This document shows positions 41,096 through 53,662 of a stretch of 64,000 nt of DNA, one piece after another. This DNA is from Eledone cirrhosa (taxonomy: Eukaryota). Made by a program: the position numbers and the translations under genes. Positions within the stretch are counted from its first letter, which is position 1, and every line of letters begins with the position of its first letter. The notes beneath the pieces are model-generated. The model was not told the origin of the DNA and searched no databases. It saw only the letters and a program-made list of their open reading frames with translations. Location: assembly GCA_964016885.1 (NCBI GenBank), contig OZ024741.1:216628001-216692000 (forward strand). Reading direction: 5' to 3'.

Positions 41096-42396
41096 TCTAT
41101 ATATATAAAACTGAGGTTGTCTGTCTGTCTACTAAAACCTTCGGCACACATCTCCTCTTAAACCGTACGTTCAAATTTCGGTGAAATTGCTACACTTATA
41201 GATGAAGGTCCGGCGGAACCATCGGTCAAATAAATTTTCAAATCGACCCACGCCAAGTGTAAAAATCGAATCTATATATATAAAACTGAGGTTGTCTGTC
41301 TGTCTACTAAAACCTTCGGCACACATCTCTTAAACCGTACGTTCAAATTTCGGTGAAATTGCTACACTTATAGATGAAGGTCCGGCGGAACCATCGGTCA
41401 AATAAATTTTCAAATCGACCCACGCCAAGTGTAAAAATAGAATTTGTAATGTATTGATTTTTCAGTTCAAATGTATAAATAGAGATGAGAGACGAGTTAT
41501 TTCCCTTTTATGGTGTCATTTGCTTATCTATTTATGTTACGTATAAACGACGCGGTGGACCGAGAAGAACAATTTCATGCAAAGAGAAGACCAAGTTTAT
41601 GGTGTAAATGGAGTCGTTAGCCTAATATTCTATTTAAAATAACCGAATGATTTCCAGCCCCGGAGTTTAAGAATGATGTAAATAAAATTGTAAACGAAAA
41701 TGACAGGTTATTAAAATAGTTGTTTCTACTTTTGGCACAAGGCCAGCAATTAAACAGTACATTACTGGTACTTTATTTTATCGACCCCGTAAGGATGAAA
41801 GGCAAAGTTAACCTCGACGGGATTTTAACTTTGCCTTAACATAGTAAAAATAAATAGTGAAGATTTAGGCCAGTACATACGTATGCACCGACGAACATAC
41901 ACATACTTATACATACGCACACACAAATACATACACACACACGTGCGCGTGCGCGCGTGTGTGTAAACCTTATGCATTTCTACAGTATTTTCACCAAACT
42001 TAAGACATAGGTTACTCATGTACTCCGGATGGTCATGGACACTTTCATTTTTCCAGATATTGATTATAGGGCCTCCCGGCGGATAACGCCCTTTAACCAC
42101 TTCCTTGGAGTCGACTGAAGCACTGCAGTGCAATGCAACAAAAACGTCATAACTTCTGGAGTTCGCAACCGATTTTCACAAAACTTGACACATGGGCTAC
42201 GTGTGTCCTACAGATGAATGTGAACTCTCAGCATTGGCACATATTGAGTAGGGGACCCCTGAGGGCAGGAACCCCCTTTTGGAAAAAGTCGATGAGTTTA
42301 TAAAAGTATAGTTTTCGAAGCAGCACTGAAGTATTGACATAAATGGTATACACAACTGCTATTTAATACCCGAGCAACGCCAGGTACCTCTTATAG
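41096..42396 (+). mobile_element. Non-autonomous Helitron with tandemly duplicated 5' end and an internal SINE
   Basis: 5' TCTATATATATAAAACTGAGG repeated at 41096 and ~41271; 3' CCCGAGCAACGCCAGG hairpin; SINE fragment at 41720-41827 (-). Confidence 0.75.
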
Positions 42397-42433
42397 AATA
42401 CTGTTGGCTTCTTGCTACAATACTTTCTATACT

Positions 42434-42574
<141 letters not shown>

Positions 42575-42760
42575 TAAGTTTATCCCGGGTTCAATCGGGA
42601 GTAAGCAGGGTAAGTAAGGATATCAATAAAAAGCAGAGTATAAATATTTAATATAGAAATGGCTTCCACAGGACTAGAACTGTTTCATTCGGGGAAATCA
42701 TCAGGAAGTGGCTTCCTGATGATTTCTCCCGAATGAAACAGTTCTAGTCCTGTAGAAGGC
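42575..42760. mobile_element. Fold-back double-HHR micro-element
   Basis: Plus HHR 42712-42758: CTTC-CTGATGA-TTTC TCCC GAAT-GAAAC AG TTCTAGTC CT GTA^GAAG; mirror HHR 42663-42708 (-) with a GTG triplet; flanked by (TA)n. Confidence 0.85.
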
Positions 42761-42825
42761 ATTTATACATATATATATATATATATAATGTTGCAGTTTG
42801 CTTCAAACATTGTATATAATATATA

Positions 42826-43067
42826 ATTGTTTCTACTTTTGGCACAAGGCCAGCAATAACCCAGTACATTACTGGTACTTTATTTTATCGACCCCGTAAG
42901 GATGAAAGGCAAAGTTAACCTCAGCGGGATTTGAACTTAGACCATAAAGGGCCGTAACTCTTGTATATAATATATATACTTGTTTCTACTTTTGGCACAA
43001 GGCCAGCAAATTACCCAGTGCATTACTGGTACTTTATTTTATCGACCCCATAAGGATGAAAGGCAAG
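42826..43067 (-). mobile_element. Two 5'-truncated SINE copies
   Basis: Core and tail at 42826-42961 and 42980-43067. Confidence 0.85.
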
Positions 43068-43380
43068 TAACATATAATATATATGTAACATTATATATAA
43101 TATATAATGTAGAAAGTTATATAAGGCTAAACAATGGCAAACAGTAAGATGAAGGTAACGAAAAAGTAAGTTACCTGGTAATCTTTGTTTTGTTTTTTGA
43201 TGGGGTTTTTGTTGTTGTTACTGTTGTGCCATTCCTTCTAATATTTCGGGAAACAAAATTCCCTTCTTCAAAGAATAAGGAACTCTCGTGTTCAGGTTTC
43301 CTCTCTTTGGAATTAAATTTAGTCACGAAAGCACTCAATGAGGTGTATATATATATATATATATATATATATGTGGGAGG

Positions 43381-43476
<96 letters not shown>

Positions 43477-43484
43477 TATATATA

Positions 43485-44382
43485 CGAGGTGTGTCAGAAA
43501 TGTTCCAGGACTGATGTCACAAAAGATTTATTTCAAACCCAAACTTCACACTAAGAGTTTTCTCCTTCAAAGTAATCCCCCTGGAGTCTAATGCACTTTT
43601 CCATCCTTTTCTGCCACGCTTGCATGCACTCCTGGAAGGATTCTTCCGGGATCCTCCGCAGTTCCGTCGTCACGGCCTTTTTGATGTCGTCCACGTCTTC
43701 AACATGGGTCCCCTCCGGGTCGTACTCGAAGATCCATGACTCATCACCGGTGATGACTGCCCCTAGCAAGTCTGGTTCTGTTTCAAGACGCTCGAGGATG
43801 TCCTGGCACACATTGCATGCGTCGACCCTTCTGGTCATCGTTCAGCAGTTTTGGCACCATCTTCGCGCAGACTTTCCGCATGTCCAAATCTTCAGTGAGA
43901 ATCTTCCAGACGCAGTCCCGATTCATGCCCAGCTCATTTGCCATTAGTCGAACAGTCAGCCGACTATCGCTACGCACCATCTGCCTGACGCGCTCAACAT
44001 TGACCTCAGTCCTGGTTGTTGAGGGCCTTCCGCTCCTGGGGTCATCTTCCACGCCCTCGGGTCTTTCTTTAAACCTCTTGCACCACTCAAAAACACGTGA
44101 GCGTGACATCGTCTCATTTCCATACACTTGCTGCAGCAATCCCAGTGCTTCTGACGGAGTTTTCAAGTTTGTTGTTCGTTGCTCTGTGTTGATTGCTTGA
44201 CGACCTGAAACAGAGGACATGTATATAAAATTATGAAGAAAAACGTTTGATCGCTGCAGAGAGCTAAGATTACAGTTACATACTCCAGGGGGATTACTTT
44301 GAAGGAGAAAACTCTTAGTGTGAAGTTTGGGTTTGAAATAAATCTTTTGTGACATCAGTCTTGGAACTTTTCTGACACACCT

Positions 44383-44384
<2 letters not shown>
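43485..44384 (-). mobile_element. Internally deleted mariner transposon (900 bp) with ~103-bp TIRs, in (TA)n
   Basis: HTH region (SRSRVFEWCKRFKE, DDPRSGRPST), AKMVPKLL, ITGDESWIFEYDPE; TA flanks; TIRs 43485-43587 and 44282-44384; frameshift. Confidence 0.93.
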
Positions 44385-44465
<81 letters not shown>

Positions 44466-44647
44466 AGGGTTGACGGACCCAGCATATTTATCAATGCCAG
44501 TACCGGTTGTATCTCAGCGCACTCAATGGGCAATGTAAGATACATATAAATATAAATTCAGCGAGAATCGCATTTCGGCGGGTAGAAAAAGCGAAACGTA
44601 ATGTATATATATTAAAGTCAAATGATTAAAATTTAGCTTCGTTTATT

Positions 44648-44702
44648 ACTGCTATATATATTTCAGTGACAGCCATCTTTGGCTGTGACCTCTTCAGGCA
44701 GT
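44648..44702 (-). ncRNA. Type-I hammerhead ribozyme motif, well paired
   Basis: Minus strand ACTGC-CTGAAGA-GGTC ACAGCCA AAGA TGGCTGT CACT-GAAA-TATATA-TA^GCAGT-AATAAA. Confidence 0.8.
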
Positions 44703-44890
44703 TTGAATTAGTATGGTATAGACAAGTACATATGTTGTTTAGGTGTATAATATTGTCAATACTCTGATATGCCCAGTTCCTTGTTGGGTTGTTATTTTAA
44801 TGAGGAACCGGAGTAACCAAACCAACCTGCGCACTTCGTCGAGTGCTCCAGCCTGCATACTGAGGTGTTGGTATACAACCAACATAAACT

Positions 44891-44966
<76 letters not shown>

Positions 44967-45231
44967 AATAAATACCTATATATATATATATAAATATATA
45001 TATATATATTATATATATATATAGGTATTTATTTATTTTTTATGTCTGATGTTTCTTCTTTCTTTATATTGTATTATATAGCTCTGATAGAGAGTCAGTT
45101 TAATTCATTCCAATTATTCATAGAGCAACAACGGTTAAGGTTGGCAACACACAATCTCACATACGTGTGTGTATATGCATGTATATGTATGTATTCACAT
45201 GTATCTGTGTACCTCTCATTATTGTATCTAT

Positions 45232-45377
45232 TTGAAGCATAGAGTTACCTCCCTGTATGATCTGAGTTCAAATCCCGCCGATGTTAACTTTGCCTTTCAT
45301 CCTTCCGGGGTCGATAGAATAAAGTACCAGTAATGCATTGGGTAATTGCTGGCCTTGTGCCAAAAGTAGAAACAATT
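45232..45377 (+). mobile_element. 5'-truncated SINE
   Basis: B-box, core and tail. Confidence 0.85.
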
Positions 45378-45815
45378 ATTGTATATATATATAACCATAC
45401 ATCCACACCACACAAAAAAACACACACACGTGCGTATCCTCACATATACACACTCGGCCTCTGGATCTGCACGCCCCCTCTCCCCCACCACCTCTCACCC
45501 CTCTCCATCCACACACACACACTGACTTACACCTAACCCATGTACACACTGGTTTCCCTATTACCCGAACATGGAACCTCGTTCTTCCCCAAACTCTCAC
45601 ACTCACATCTACACACACAAACACACGTACACCTACACACATACACCCCCCCCCCCCCATCCACCCCACCCCCATCCTTACACGCCTCACACCCTTTCAC
45701 CATTTGTTTCATTTTAATGTTTTACCCTCTTTTTAATTTGTTCCTCCCCTTCCTCCTTTTAATGTCTTTCCACCGCTCACCCTCATACCCTCGCAACTCT
45801 TTTTCTACCCACCTT

Positions 45816-45850
45816 TCTCCTGATGAAGGGCTTATGCCTGAAACGTCGTC
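45816..45850 (+). ncRNA. Minimal hammerhead motif, stem I damaged
   Basis: CTGATGA-AGGGC TTAT GCCT-GAAAC-GTC. Confidence 0.55.
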
Positions 45851-45932
45851 TCCACGTCCCACTCTCATGCGTGAACCTAATACTAACACTTTGTACTGTA
45901 CTCTTCGCTTTACTTTTGTTTTCTGTTTTAAC

Positions 45933-45976
<44 letters not shown>

Positions 45977-46047
45977 GGTGCTGGATGCTTAAAGCGTCCG
46001 TATTCGGTAGGCCGATTGAGCACTCAATGCCCTCGTAGAACAGAGTA

Positions 46048-46352
46048 TGATATCACAGAAAAAAGAGAATCAGGGTTGCGACGAAAGGAATTTATTGGAC
46101 ATATTATAAATGTTTCTCGGGCGACCAGTTCGATCACACCTGACTCTGAAATCAACACAGTCGTCAGATACGTCTCGATTCTACGATGCACATTTTCCTA
46201 CCTTCGTAGAATCGAGACGTATCTGACGACCGTGTTGATTTCAGAGTCAGGTGTGATCACCATATAGATCGTGCCTCGAGCTGGTCGCCCGAGAAACATT
46301 TGTAATATGTCCAATAAATTCCTTTCGTCGCATCCCTGATTCTCTTTTTTCT

Positions 46353-46360
<8 letters not shown>
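46048..46360. mobile_element. Fold-back double-HHR micro-element
   Basis: Inverted arms ~46048-46186 and ~46204-46360; plus HHR TAT-CTGACGA-...-GAAAC-ATTT-GTA^ATA (46220-46307) then AATAAA; mirror copy on minus. Confidence 0.85.
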
Positions 46361-46442
<82 letters not shown>

Positions 46443-47491
46443 GTATTTTTCTCTATATTTTAATACATATATTTACCACTGCGATTCTGTGTTTTTTCTC
46501 TCTCGCTTACTGTTCCCCCATTCTCTCTGTTTCTCCCCCTCTGTCTTGTCCGTTAACTCTTCCTCACACTTTCACTCACTCACTGTTTTTCTCCCTCTTC
46601 TCTTCATTTCATCCTGCACTCACGAACGCTATTTTTTTCTCTCTCTGCTCATAGCCCTCGTTCGTGTAGGTTCTATTCTCTAAGCGCTCATATATTCACC
46701 TAGCTTATGCTAAACAGAATAATTTTTGAAGCTTGTTTCTCCCCTACGGTATGCTATATTTTCTGTTGTTCTCCTGTCTCACTCGCTTTACGCGTTTTAA
46801 TTGTCCTAATAACTTATTTTGGTTATTATTGCACCGAAGTGAGATATATGATTTTTAATGCAATGAAATATCTATGATCTTCGGCAAATCACTGATGAGG
46901 GACTCATTTTATTACATGTTATCCATGTGCTACCTGCAGTATTTTTCTCTATATTTTAATATATATATATATATATATAAAGAATATACAGAAGTATACT
47001 TATGCTAGCAAGATATAGGTTTTGTCTTAGTAACTTTGTGGTTCAATACAAAAATGTAGAACAATTATATGAAAGACGTAAAATAAGAAAATTATAATAA
47101 TTAACTTACTTAAGTTTCACTCCAACTAATTAGTTTCTGAAAGGGGATATACATAGTGTTCAAAACCATGGAGAACAGCTTTCTTCATCAGGGAGTCAAT
47201 TCTCTGCTAAAATCCCAGGCGATAGGCGGACACAGGGATCTCAAACAAAAATAATTCAGTGAATGGAAAAGAAGTAAGCGCGGACTAAATTTCAAGACAC
47301 TGAAAATTTCACTACCTTCCCGGTCAGTGGCAAATTCAAAAGAATCAATCACCTGACATCGAGGTTAATCAGTGAGGAGTGGGGTGTTAAAAAGACAGTA
47401 GCCAAAATATTACTATGAATCATAGCAGTAATTCAGGCGAATTTTTGCTCAACAAATAATATGGAGATAATTATAAAGAATTATCTATCTA

Positions 47492-47542
<51 letters not shown>

Positions 47543-47654
47543 TAGAATTTAGCTTCGACATAGATGTATACAAATATGTATGTTGTAAATGTTATATATC
47601 TGAAGATATATGGTATGTTTATAAAATAACATTTTGAAAGCCACAGATATGAAT

Positions 47655-48305
47655 ATTAATACCAAGGGTAATATGGGAGGCAGTCTATGTTAATACCGAG
47701 GTTAATATGGGAGGGAGTCCCTATGTTAATACCAAGCATAATATGGGAGGGAGTCTATGTTAATACCAAGGGTAATATGGGAGGGAGTCTATGTTAATAC
47801 CAAGGGTAATATGGGAGGGAGTCTATGTTAATACCAAGGGTAATATGGGAGGGATTCTATGTTAAATCCAAGGTTAATATGGCAGGGAGTCTATGTTAAT
47901 ACCAAGGTTAATATGGGAGGGAGTCCCTATGTTAATACCAAGGATAATATGGGAGGGAGTCTATGTTAATACCAAGGGTAATATGGGATAATATGGGAGG
48001 GAGTCTATGTTAATACCAAGGCTAATAAGGGAGGGAGTCGATGTTAATTCCAAGGGTAATATGGGAGGGAGTCTATGTTAATACCAAGGCTAATATGGGA
48101 GGGAGTCTCTATGTTAATACCAAGATTAATATGGGAGGGAGTCCCTATTTTAATACCAAGGGTAATATGGGAGGGAGTCCCTATGTTAATACCAAGGGTA
48201 ATATGGTAGGGAGTCTCTATGTTAATAGCAAGGGTAATATGGGAGGGAGTCTATGTTAATACCCAGGGTAATATGGGAGAGAGTCCCTATGTTAATACCA
48301 AGGAT
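47655..48305. repeat. 30-32 bp G-rich minisatellite, ~20 copies
   Basis: Unit ATGTTAATACCAAGGGTAATATGGGAGGGAGTC(CC)T; contiguous, no spacers. Confidence 0.95.
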
Positions 48306-48307
48306 AC

Positions 48308-48780
48308 CGTCAGAGCCCCCGAACGGTGTTGAGCAAAAGCAAGGTGGATAACTGTCTATGAAATTCGAAATTAAATTTTTTTCATCGGAACAATGCTTCT
48401 CTCTTCCTACTTCTGGACTTTGAAACAGGCGAAAATATATAGTTTTTTTGCCTGTGTAAATGGGATGATTAATCTCATTTGCATACGAAGCTGTATAAGT
48501 TGGTTCAAATCAAAATAGAATAAGAATTTAGCTTCGACATAGCTGTAAACAAATATGTATGTGATTCTCGTATATCTATATACACGGTATGTTTATAAAT
48601 AAGAGCTTTCAAATGAGGCTAATCAGCCCATTTGCACAGACGGAAAACCTATATTTTCGCCTGCTTCACAGTCCAGCAGTAGGAAGAGAGAAGCATTGTC
48701 CTGATGAGACCCATTTAAGTTCGAAAGGCATAGAGAGTTATCTCCCTTGCTTCTACTGGACACCCTCTGGCGTCGCTGAC
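48308..48780. repeat. Diverged inverted repeat (~170-bp arms)
   Basis: 48308-48481 versus the reverse complement of 48609-48780; right arm contains CTGATGA-GAC...GTTC-GAAA. Confidence 0.65.
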
Positions 48781-48988
48781 CTCCGCTCTTCTGTTTATAG
48801 CTATGGCTTTCAAAGTGTTTATCTAAATAAAACTTTACTTGAAATGATAGATTCCGATCTATCCCTTCATTTCTCTATCACCCTCCATATCTCTCTCTCA
48901 CTCTCTTTCTCTCTATTTCTCTCTCTCACTCTCTCTCTCTTTCTTCTCTCTCTCCCTATATAATATGTGTGTGTGTGTGTGTGTGTGT

Positions 48989-49020
<32 letters not shown>

Positions 49021-49212
49021 CTGTGTGTGTGTGTGTGTATAAGGGATAACAAAATATCGTTATAGGTAATCCAGTTAGAGGTTGTGAATACTTCTTATTA
49101 TGGATAGTTTTAGCGTACGGCGTTGTTTGACTCAACAAGAGGTTTACGTAGATGGCGAGTTTATGATTTCACTTGTATTCCTATGTAAATTTATCTTGGA
49201 GTAATAAAATTG

Positions 49213-51813
49213 AAAAAGTGAAGAATAACATGGTCAACAGTACAAAAAAGGGGATTTATTTACAGTCTAACAATTGTTTCACTGATAAAGATGTCTAAAA
49301 ATTGCTGAACACTAGAAGCAGTGCCACTCAATTTCAAACACGATGCTAGCTTAATCAGATCATCAGAGACAACTATCCGGTAAATTTACAAATTCAAATT
49401 ACAGCATCATTAATAATATTAATAATAAAGATAGAGAGAGAAAAAAAGAAAGAGAGATAGATAAAAGAAAGAAAAAAGAAAAAGAAAAAGAAAAGGAGAA
49501 AGGAAAACAGAGAAAGATATAGAGAGAAAAAGAGGAGAGAAAAGGAGAAAGGAGAAATAAAGGTCGAGAAAAAGAAAAATAGAGGGAAAATAATGATATC
49601 AACAATAAATGAATAAATGTTAATACATCAATAAATGTAAATAAATACATAAACAAGTTACATCGAGGATGATACAAAATAATACAAAATATGAAAATAA
49701 ATAAGTAAAAATGTGCGAAGAAATTTAAACATATTAAGATTATTGAAAGTGGTTATTGAGAGTGGCTAAAATATAGAGAGATACGAAGGTATAAACATGA
49801 TAATGTTAAATATATTTATGTGTGTATTGGTTATTTTAATAAATTAATTATATAATTAATTAATTATTTGATTAATTAGTTGTAAGTTATATTAGAAGAT
49901 AAAATAAGATAAAATGCCAGAGATGAAATAAATTTAGGGAGAGAAATAGAAAGATAGAAAGTGAAAGATAGAGATATATAAAATATGAATGTAAAATATA
50001 AGAGGTTATGATGTTGGTTCATTGATAGATGATGACAATTATAATAATAATTGTTTCTACGTTAGGCACAAGGCCAGCAATTCACCAGTGCATTACTGGT
50101 ACTTTATTTTATCGACCTCGTAAGGATGAAAGGCAAAGTTAACCTTGGCGGAATTTGAACTCAGAATGGCAAGGACCGTAACTCTATACGTCAAAGCATG
50201 GCGTCCGACCCTCTACCAATACTGCCAATCCAATAATGATGATAATGAATAGATCTAAGTGGTACAATTTGGGTTATGGAATAGATTAGATGAATTAAGC
50301 TGGTCTAAAGTTCTCAAATTTGGTCGCCGTTTTATGCCTACAGAAAATAGTTCTTTCAATGTTACTGTTCAGTAGCATTTTGTTGTAATTTAAAATTAGG
50401 AAAAGCTCCATATTACAAAGACCACAGTGGGACATGCCAATTCGATAGGCTATTGCTGTTGATAGCTTCATCCAGGTGATTTTATATTCCATGTTTGCAT
50501 CTCTGAGATGCCAGATTTTATTGGCGAGTGTTGTTGTATTTATGAGCTTCCTGTTATTCATAGAGTGTCTATGGACATACCACCTTTTTTTAAACTCCCC
50601 AGCTGTGGAACCTATGTAATGCCATGCTAAGCTGCCTGAATTTATAGTACATAGGTACACTATATTTGACTCCAGGCATCTATTTTGTAATGGGCTTTTG
50701 TCAGGTAGATGACAGTTACATTTAGATGCCTTCCTATGTGCCGGTTCTTCGATATGGTTTTGCAAGTTGTTATGTACGGGCTGAGAATTGGGTTTGTTGA
50801 TGTATTGTGGTGATGTGTTCTGACGTGTTTGGCATAAAACGGCGACCAAATTTGAGAACTTTAGACCAGCTTAATTCATCTAATTTATTCCATAACCCAA
50901 ATTGTACCACTTAGATCTATTCATTATCATCATTATTATTATAATTGTCATCATCTATCAATGAACCAACATCATAACCTCTTATATTTTACATTCATAT
51001 TTTATATATCTCTATCTTTCACTTTCTATCTTTCTATTTCTCTCCCTAAATTTATTTCATCTCTGGCATTTTATCTTATTTTATCTTCTAATATAACTTA
51101 CAACTAATTAATCAAATAATTAATTAATTATATAATTAATTTATTAAAATAACCAATACACACATAAATATATTTAACATTATCATGTTTATACCTTCGT
51201 ATCTCTCTATATTTTAGCCACTCTCAATAACCACTTTCAATAATCTTAATATGTTTAAATTTCTACGCACAATTTTACTTATTTATTTTCATATTTTGTA
51301 TTATTTTGTATCATCCTCGATGTAACTTGTTTATTTATTTACATTTATTGATGTATTAACATTTATTCATTTATTGTTGATATCATTATTTTCCCTCTAT
51401 TTTTCTTTTTCTCGACCTTTATTTCTCCTTTATCCTTTTCTCTCCTCTTTTCTCCTCCTTTCTATATGTCTTTTTTCTCTATATATCTTTCTTTGTTTTC
51501 CTTTCTCCTTTTTCTTTTTCTTTTTCTTTTTCTTTTTCTTTTTCCTTTTTCTTTCTTTCTTTTATCTATCTCTCTTTCTTTTTTTCTCTCTCTATCTTTA
51601 TTATTAATATTATTAATGATGCTGTAATATGAATTTGTAAATTTACCAGATAGTTATCTCTGATGATCTGATTAGGCTAACATCATATTTGAAATTGAGT
51701 GGCACTGCTTCTAGTGTTCAGCAATTTTTAGACAACTTAATCAGTGAAACAATTGTTAGACTGTAAATAAATCCCTTTTTTGTACTGTTGACCATGTTAT
51801 TCTTCACTTTTTC
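49213..51813 (-). mobile_element. 5'-truncated Penelope-like element with ~1-kb inverted pLTR
   Basis: GIY-YIG ORF 50295-50849 (CNCHLP..NIVYLCT...YIGST, CGLC..E); arms 49213-50335 and 50826-51813; HHRs at 49265-49368 (-) and 51657-51760 (+); SINE in the left arm only (50050-50231). Confidence 0.92.
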
Positions 51814-51853
51814 AGTTTTATATATATGTATATATATATATGGATATGGATAT

Positions 51854-51928
<75 letters not shown>

Positions 51929-51987
51929 ATTATAAAAAATAAAAAAAATAGACAAAGAAGCCTTCAATACATCAAAAGTCTTTATTA

Positions 51988-52028
51988 GCCTACAATGTTT
52001 CGTCCCATTAATAAGGACTCATCAGGGC
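51988..52028 (-). ncRNA. Canonical type-I hammerhead ribozyme
   Basis: Minus strand GCC-CTGATGA-GTCC TTATTAATG GGAC-GAAAC-ATT-GTA^GGC-T-AATAAA; all core nucleotides and G10.1-C11.1 present. Confidence 0.88.
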
Positions 52029-53662
52029 AATTAAACAGATAAGAAGCATTAACGGCCAGAACATTCCAAAACACAGAAGAATAGGGAATTCATATCCATG
52101 AAAGCTTATGAGAGATATGAAGGAAAAGCATGCTAAAGCTAAAAGTTTGCAGTTATAAAAATAGATTATATGGCAAGAAATTGAGTAAAATGTCAAACCA
52201 ACGTTGAAATTACAGTAAATACAAATACATTAAATACAACATGGTAATATAATATGACAATTACAATACAATATAATGGGTAATAAAGCTTAATATATAT
52301 ATATATATATACATCCATATATATACACATTTACACAAACACATACTAACACTTAATAAGTATAAATATACTCTTTATAATATAAAATAAAAACACCCTG
52401 ACGGTGCGCATAAACTATACAAAAAATAATCTATACAAAAAATATGCTATACAAGAAATAATATAATAATATACTGACATCAAAAATATACAAAACTACA
52501 TCATACATATCACTTAATGTCAACAAGTTGAATATAAAGTTTTACACAGGGCAAGAAAAAATATCTTAATAAAACTGGAGTATGTTGAAATATATATATA
52601 TATATACATAAATACATAAGTACATAAAGTATTGATAATAAGTATATAGGGGTATATGCTGTTTACATTCATAATATTACAAAATATTATATAAAATATA
52701 ACAAAACAGTACCTAAAAATCAGACAAAATAATACGTATAATTCCATTACATAGAAATAATATGATATATAAATATTAATATTATAATGATAAATAATAT
52801 AATAATATAAAATATATAAGCAGACTGGTAGAGTCAATAGAAAATGTTTAAGAGATATTTACGCGATTAATATATTAATACAGGGAGACAAAACAGCAAG
52901 TGGTAGTGAAGAAGTAATGATGATGATGATAGGGAGACAGACATCAAGTGGTAGTAAAAAAATAAATAAAATAAAATAAAACGAAGAACAAAAACAAAGA
53001 ACAAAAACAAGCACAGTACGTAAGTATAACGATTCATTATGTAAATATAGAAGGTATTATTATTCTAAACTAAAGAGTTGAATAGAAAACCTTATTCAAT
53101 TAATTAATATTAAAATTGCCTAAAAGATATTATTAGTAAGTCTAAATGGAATAAAGTTTAAGTCATCAAAGTCGTATAAAATTATGATATTTCAATAAAA
53201 ACTATAATATAATACATTACGATCCGATCAGATGAATTACGTTACCAAAGAAAAAACTCTAAATAAAACTATGGTAGACCAATGGGAACAGAAAGAAGTG
53301 AAACTATGGAGGATAGGAAGGATCATAAAAGTAAAAGTTAATATATAATATAATATGATAAAAAGGAGTATAAAAGTAGAATTAATATATAATATAATAA
53401 AAAGGGGCGGATAAGAAGTGTGGAAAGGAGGAGGTTCATTAGTTTTAGATGTAGGAGACTCAAAATTAAACTATTCAATAAGATACAAACTTACAAGGCG
53501 ATAATATTGAGTAAAAATGTAATAATGTTTAAGATTGTAGATATGGTAAGGTAGCTAATACGACTATGAAAACTAAAATATGAAAATCGAAACAACCGTA
53601 GAAACTTAATAATAATGGTAATAAAAATGAACTAAAACCAAAGAGATAGGGAAATATAGCAG

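Noticed and set aside
47655-48305. CRISPR-like array of ~30-bp repeats
   Set aside because: Units are contiguous with no unique spacers, there are no cas genes, and the context is eukaryotic
50295-50849. Stand-alone host GIY-YIG nuclease gene
   Set aside because: The ORF start is created by the inversion junction at ~50826; it is the truncated 3' end of a PLE
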